The notes under the pieces are model-generated. The model ran no database searches and was not told the DNA's origin. It saw only the letters and a list, made by a program, of their open reading frames with translations. A stretch of DNA of 50,741 nucleotides, taken from contig CASFKR010000001.1 in NCBI GenBank assembly GCA_949295265.1, positions 1-50,741 of the forward strand, given 5' to 3'. Both the position numbers and the translations under genes were made by a program. This stretch comes from an uncultured Verrucomicrobiota bacterium (GTDB taxonomy: Bacteria; Verrucomicrobiota; Kiritimatiellia; RFP12; UBA3636). This document shows, in pieces, positions 46,375 through 50,741 of the stretch (position 1 is its first letter; the number at the start of each line of letters is the position of its first letter).

Positions 46375-48741
46375 TCAGGGGAGGGCGGAGAGGGCGGCGG
46401 CAAAGGCTGCCGCGGCCGTTTCATCGCCCTTTTTCAGGGCATTTTCGCGCTCGGCTTTGAGGGTCTTTTTATGGTCGGCCGTAATGGCGGCCGTACGGCG
46501 CTCGGCATCTTTGCGAATCTGCTCGAACCGCCGCCGGAATTCCTCGGAATTGATGCGCGGTCCCACCGCAAACGGCTCTTTCGGGAAGGTGCGTTCTTCC
46601 TGGAAGCGGCGCCATTCGACGTCGAAGCGCTCCGCCGCATCGTAATTGCCTTCCTGATGCGCCTGATTGCGCGCTGTCACCAGCATCCCGAGATAATCCT
46701 TGCGCAAGACGTCCTCGGCGGAAGCGGCTGCACGCCGTTCCGTGGCAAGCCGGTTCTGATAGGCGCGTTCATAGGCGGAGAGCAGAGGCGGATCCGGCTC
46801 CCATGCCGCGATATCCGGAATACCGCACCAGGCCGCATAGGCAGTCAGCGGCTTGTTCAGCACGGGAAGCGAAGCCAGCGAGCGGTACGGCATCCAGAAG
46901 CGGCTCGAGGAACTGCGGCGGATGCGCAGCGCATGCGGCGCCACCGCCAGATAGAGAATGGCCAGGAGCGCCGCCACGTACCCCAGCCGCCGCAATGCCA
47001 CCACATGGCGGTGCCGCCGCACCCGGCTGCGCAGCCGCGCACAGTGGTTTTCGCCGGCAACCGAGCGGATCGTGAGCGAGGCGAGCAGCCGTTCGGCATG
47101 CTCCCACTCGTGGTGCCGGATGATCTGCTCAATGCGGTCGAGACTCCGGTTTTCGATGAGCGCGGGCAGTGCGGCGCGCTCCGAGCGGTATTCATCGTCT
47201 GGGTTGTTGGACAGGTGGGAAATTTCCTCGATGTACGCCTGCACATTCTCGTAGTTGCCGAGCTTCATTTCCTGCGGAATGAGCTGGCGCAGACGGTTCC
47301 GGCGCTCGACCGCCTTGCGCGCGTCCTGAACCGCCTCCTGCATCGTCTCGCAGAGGCGCTGCCCGCGGGGACCGGACGGCTTGAAATTGGCGGGAATGGC
47401 CAGCGACGAAGCCAGCCCGTAATCGTGGTTGTCCGCGGCGTCGCGCAGCTGTTTGAGGGCGCGATGGACCGATTCGTACGCCGCCTGATCGGCGCCGCAG
47501 GCACCGCAGAACTGGATGCCGAAGCGCATCTCGGCCCCGCATTCGAGGCAGGCGGTCTGACCGTCCCAGCCGCACCCGTCGCAAAACCGCTTTTCGATGG
47601 GGTTTACGGTGTTGCACCATTTACAGTGCCACGTGGTCCGGGTCGTCGGGATGTTGGGGCGGGCGTCCGCCAGCAGCGCCACCAGATCGGCGTCGAAGGC
47701 GGCGGCGGACTGATAGCGGCGTGCCGGATTGGTCGCCAGCGCCTTGGACAGCACGGGACGAATCGCGAAGGGTAGCTCGTCTTCGCGGAAAAAGCGCGGA
47801 TTTTTCCCGGTCAGCGCGAAAAAGAGCAGTGCGCCCAGACCGTAGACATCGGAGCGCTCATCGCACAGAGAGGCGTCCGTTTCCTGTTCCGGGGCGCCAT
47901 ACCCGAGGGAAAGCAGTTTTTCGCCGGGAACGGTCAGCGTACCGGCATTCTGGAGGCTGTTTTTCGCCTTTCCGGAGAGATGCGCCAGACCGAAGTCGGC
48001 GATTTTCGGCTCGCCGTCTGCATCCAGCAGGATATTGGCGGGCTTGAGATCGCGGTGAATGACGCCGGCCGCATGCGCCGTTTCCATGGCGCGCCCAATC
48101 TTCAGGAGGAGCGTCAGCGCATCGCGGAAGGAGTACACGCCGACGTCCAGCACGCGCCGCTCGAAGGTCTGCGGCGGGCGGGGCTGACCGGGCGCGGGCG
48201 GCGGCAGGGCCGAAGCGACGTACTCCATGACGAGGAAGGGGCCGTCGGCGTCCTCGCCCACGGCGTAGATGTGGACGATATGGGCGGAGTTGAGCGCGGC
48301 GGCGGTGCGGGCTTCGCGCAGAAAGCGGGCGCGCAGGGCCGAATCATCGCGATGGGCGGACCGGAGGCGCTTGATGGCGACGGGCCGCCCGAGACGGCGG
48401 TCGATGGCAAGCCAGACGATGCCCATGCCGCCTTCGCCGATGATCGAGCGGACCTCGTAATCCGAGGCGGGGGACGGCAGGGGCGCACCTTGGATGCGCG
48501 CCGTCCGGGCGCTCTGGATGACGACGACCGGCGTGTCGTCCGCCGCTTCCGCCGCCGGAGGCGCCAGGAACGTGCGGCGGGACGGCTGTGGCAGGGGCGT
48601 GGCAGGGGCGAGCCCCGCAGGCGGGGTCACATCCGGCGCAATCGGACGGTTGGCGAGCGAAGGAATGCGCGCCGTTGCCGCGAGGGTGGCATCGTTTTCG
48701 GGACCGTTCCCGGTCTGAGACGTTGCGTCGGAAGGATTCAT
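46375..48741 (-). CDS. Hanks-type Ser/Thr protein kinase with double zinc ribbon and TM segment
   Basis: IGEGGMGIV, VAIK, HRDLKPAN, DFG and APE. CKWC/CDGC/CLEC/CGAC. TM LGYVAALLAILYLAVAP. Confidence 0.92.
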   Translation of the reverse strand: MNPSDATSQTGNGPENDATLAATARIPSLANRPIAPDVTPPAGLAPATPLPQPSRRTFLAPPAAEAADDTPVVVIQSARTARIQGAPLPSPASDYEVRSIIGEGGMGIVWLAIDRRLGRPVAIKRLRSAHRDDSALRARFLREARTAAALNSAHIVHIYAVGEDADGPFLVMEYVASALPPPAPGQPRPPQTFERRVLDVGVYSFRDALTLLLKIGRAMETAHAAGVIHRDLKPANILLDADGEPKIADFGLAHLSGKAKNSLQNAGTLTVPGEKLLSLGYGAPEQETDASLCDERSDVYGLGALLFFALTGKNPRFFREDELPFAIRPVLSKALATNPARRYQSAAAFDADLVALLADARPNIPTTRTTWHCKWCNTVNPIEKRFCDGCGWDGQTACLECGAEMRFGIQFCGACGADQAAYESVHRALKQLRDAADNHDYGLASSLAIPANFKPSGPRGQRLCETMQEAVQDARKAVERRNRLRQLIPQEMKLGNYENVQAYIEEISHLSNNPDDEYRSERAALPALIENRSLDRIEQIIRHHEWEHAERLLASLTIRSVAGENHCARLRSRVRRHRHVVALRRLGYVAALLAILYLAVAPHALRIRRSSSSRFWMPYRSLASLPVLNKPLTAYAAWCGIPDIAAWEPDPPLLSAYERAYQNRLATERRAAASAEDVLRKDYLGMLVTARNQAHQEGNYDAAERFDVEWRRFQEERTFPKEPFAVGPRINSEEFRRRFEQIRKDAERRTAAITADHKKTLKAERENALKKGDETAAAAFAAALSALP
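48588..48609 (+). repeat. 17-bp recurrent motif copy (exact), extended to two full 11-mers
   Basis: GTGGCAGGGGC GTGGCAGGGGC in the kinase N-terminal linker (APATPLP). Confidence 0.75.
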
Positions 48742-48862
48742 GGCGTGGAAAAAGCAAACATCATCCGGAACCCGCAAACGGACGGGGCGGACGATGCTCG
48801 GAGGAGCCGGGCCGCAACCCCGGCGGTTTCTGTTGGGGAAAAGGGAAGGGGGCGCGGCGGGA

Positions 48863-50401
48863 TTACTTGCGGTACCACTCGGGCGTTACACCGAGATTGT
48901 GGATTTTGTAATGGATGACGCGCGGGGAAAGCCCGAGATCGCGCGCGGCGGCGGACATATTGCCGCCGTTGCGCTTGAGGGCTTCGACGATGAGTTCGCG
49001 CTCGAAGGAGTTGACGAGCGTCGTGAACGAGGCATCGCCGTTGGGTAGCGCATTGGATTCGGCGATGTTCTTGCCGGTCTGGAGCGACGGCGGCAGGTTG
49101 TAGCCGTGGATACAGTCGTCGGACGAGGTGAGAATCGCGCGCTCAATGCAGTTTTCCAGCTCACGGACATTGCCCGGCCAGTGATAGCTCATCATCATGT
49201 TGATGGCGGGCGTGGAGATGCGCTTGACCGACTTTCCGTAGCGGAGATTGTCCTTTTCGATGAAGTGATTCGCCAGCGGAATGATGTCCGTACGGCGGTG
49301 GCACAAATCGGGGAGGACGATGGGGAAGATGTTGAGGCGGTAATAAAGGTCCTCGCGGAACTTGCCTTCCTCCATGAGTTTTTCGAGGTTGCGGGAGGTG
49401 GCGGCGATGATGCGCACATCCGAATGCAACTCCTCATTGGAGCCCACGCGCGAGAAGGTGCGCTCCTGAAGGAAGCGCAGCAGCTTTACCTGCACGGGGA
49501 GCGACAAATCGCCGATTTCGTCGAGGAAGAGCGTACCGCCGTCGGCGGCTTCCGCGCGCCCGATGCGGCGCGTCACGGCACCGGTGAAGGAGCCTTTTTC
49601 GTGACCGAAGATTTCCGATTCGACGAGATTTTCTGGAAGCGCGGCGCAGTTGAGGGCGATGAAGGGGCGCTTGCTGCGCCCGGAGAGCCGCTTGATGGCG
49701 GAGGCGACGAGCTCCTTGCCCGTCCCGGAAGAGCCGCGGATGAGCACCGTGGCATCCGAAGGGGCGACCTGGCGGATGAGCGAGTAGACGAGCTGCATCT
49801 CGCTGGAATTCCCGACAAATTCGGACAGCGAATCGCCGGACGGCGTGAGCGCCTCCCGCAACCGCTGATTTTCCGCCATCAGGGCGCCGCGCTCTTCAAT
49901 CTCCTGGCGGCGCGTCTGCACGGCATCCGCGACGATGGTGCCGACAATTTCCAGCAGCAGGCGGTCACCCTGCAGATCGACGGACTCATCGGTCGGCCGC
50001 TCGACGGAGAGCGTGCCGATGATGGAATCGCCATGCTTGATGGGGACGCAGATGAAGGAAACGTGCTCATCCCCGCGATGGGCGCCGGTGCGGTTCAGAA
50101 AGCGTTTGTCCTTGGAAATGTCCGAAACCACCTCCGGAATGCCGGAAAACGCGACACCGCCGGTGACGCCTTCCCCGATCCGGTAGTGCCCGCGCCGTTT
50201 TTCGCGTTCATCGAGCCCTTCGTTGGCCTCGATGCGAAACTCCTCGCCGTGCCGCATCGTAAAGGTGCAACGCAGCATCCCGAGCTTCCGGTTCAGGATG
50301 TCCAGAATGTTATCCAATAAGGCGCCAACGTTTCGCTCGGAAAGGACCGCGTGTGCTACTTCACGGATAACCGTAAGCGATTTTTTCTCGTCAGGCGTCA
50401 T
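48863..50401 (-). CDS. Sigma54-dependent activator, GAF-AAA+-HTH (NifA-like)
   Basis: GAF segment GEGVTG...[50 protein letters not shown] and a Fis-type HTH. Confidence 0.93.
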   Translation of the reverse strand: MTPDEKKSLTVIREVAHAVLSERNVGALLDNILDILNRKLGMLRCTFTMRHGEEFRIEANEGLDEREKRRGHYRIGEGVTGGVAFSGIPEVVSDISKDKRFLNRTGAHRGDEHVSFICVPIKHGDSIIGTLSVERPTDESVDLQGDRLLLEIVGTIVADAVQTRRQEIEERGALMAENQRLREALTPSGDSLSEFVGNSSEMQLVYSLIRQVAPSDATVLIRGSSGTGKELVASAIKRLSGRSKRPFIALNCAALPENLVESEIFGHEKGSFTGAVTRRIGRAEAADGGTLFLDEIGDLSLPVQVKLLRFLQERTFSRVGSNEELHSDVRIIAATSRNLEKLMEEGKFREDLYYRLNIFPIVLPDLCHRRTDIIPLANHFIEKDNLRYGKSVKRISTPAINMMMSYHWPGNVRELENCIERAILTSSDDCIHGYNLPPSLQTGKNIAESNALPNGDASFTTLVNSFERELIVEALKRNGGNMSAAARDLGLSPRVIHYKIHNLGVTPEWYRK

Positions 50402-50448
50402 GATGGTATTCGGTTGGCTCCTGAGGAATCACCCTATTCTTTCTTGTA

Positions 50449-50538
<90 letters not shown>

Positions 50539-50741
50539 AATCGGGGAAACCCAAATAGGCTTCGTTGTGTAGGGGGAACGATATCAAAATCGCATTTGCT
50601 GATGCAAGCGAAAAAGCGGGTCCGGGAAAAGATTTTCCGGAACCCTTGATTGCCGAAGTAAACGCACCTGATTCGATGCGTTTACTTTTGCAATCCTGGA
50701 CGGGTCGGGGTTCGGGTGCTGCAATCGAGGCTGGGAAGGCT

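Noticed and set aside
48863-50401. Calling the activator nifA
   Set aside because: The GAF-AAA+-HTH architecture is shared by many activators, and there are no nif genes in the window.

Overview
A high-GC bacterial chromosomal segment. The gene content and the pyrimidine-rich leaders without Shine-Dalgarno sites suggest the PVC superphylum (Kiritimatiellota/Lentisphaerota-like), but that is inference only. From left to right it carries: a partial hrpA helicase, HU, a candidate structured RNA and a 49-bp tandem array, an OmpR/HK two-component pair, a large uncharacterised enzyme-like protein and surface-polysaccharide genes. Next is a ~14.5-kb co-oriented membrane cluster (11886-26382) with three OPT/DUF6785-like polytopic proteins, a MacB/LolD-type ATPase, an FtsX-type permease and a 1735-aa fusion of an apparently inactive M28/PA peptidase fold to an FtsX permease. 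This is followed by a nucleoside/NAD/amino-sugar metabolic block (punA, nadE, glmS, cdd, pyrimidine nucleoside phosphorylase), a low-GC repeat-rich islet beside tRNA-Leu(TAA), a PurH lacking its N-terminal domain, thiM-thiE-znuA-like-murJ, a Ser/Thr kinase, a NifA-like sigma54 activator and tRNA-Ser(GGA). The two strongest leads are the membrane cluster, a possible undescribed receptor-coupled transport machine, and a 17-bp motif (GTGGCAGGGGCGTGGCA) that recurs in one orientation both inside genes (different frames) and between them. No CRISPR array, transposase or integrase was seen.
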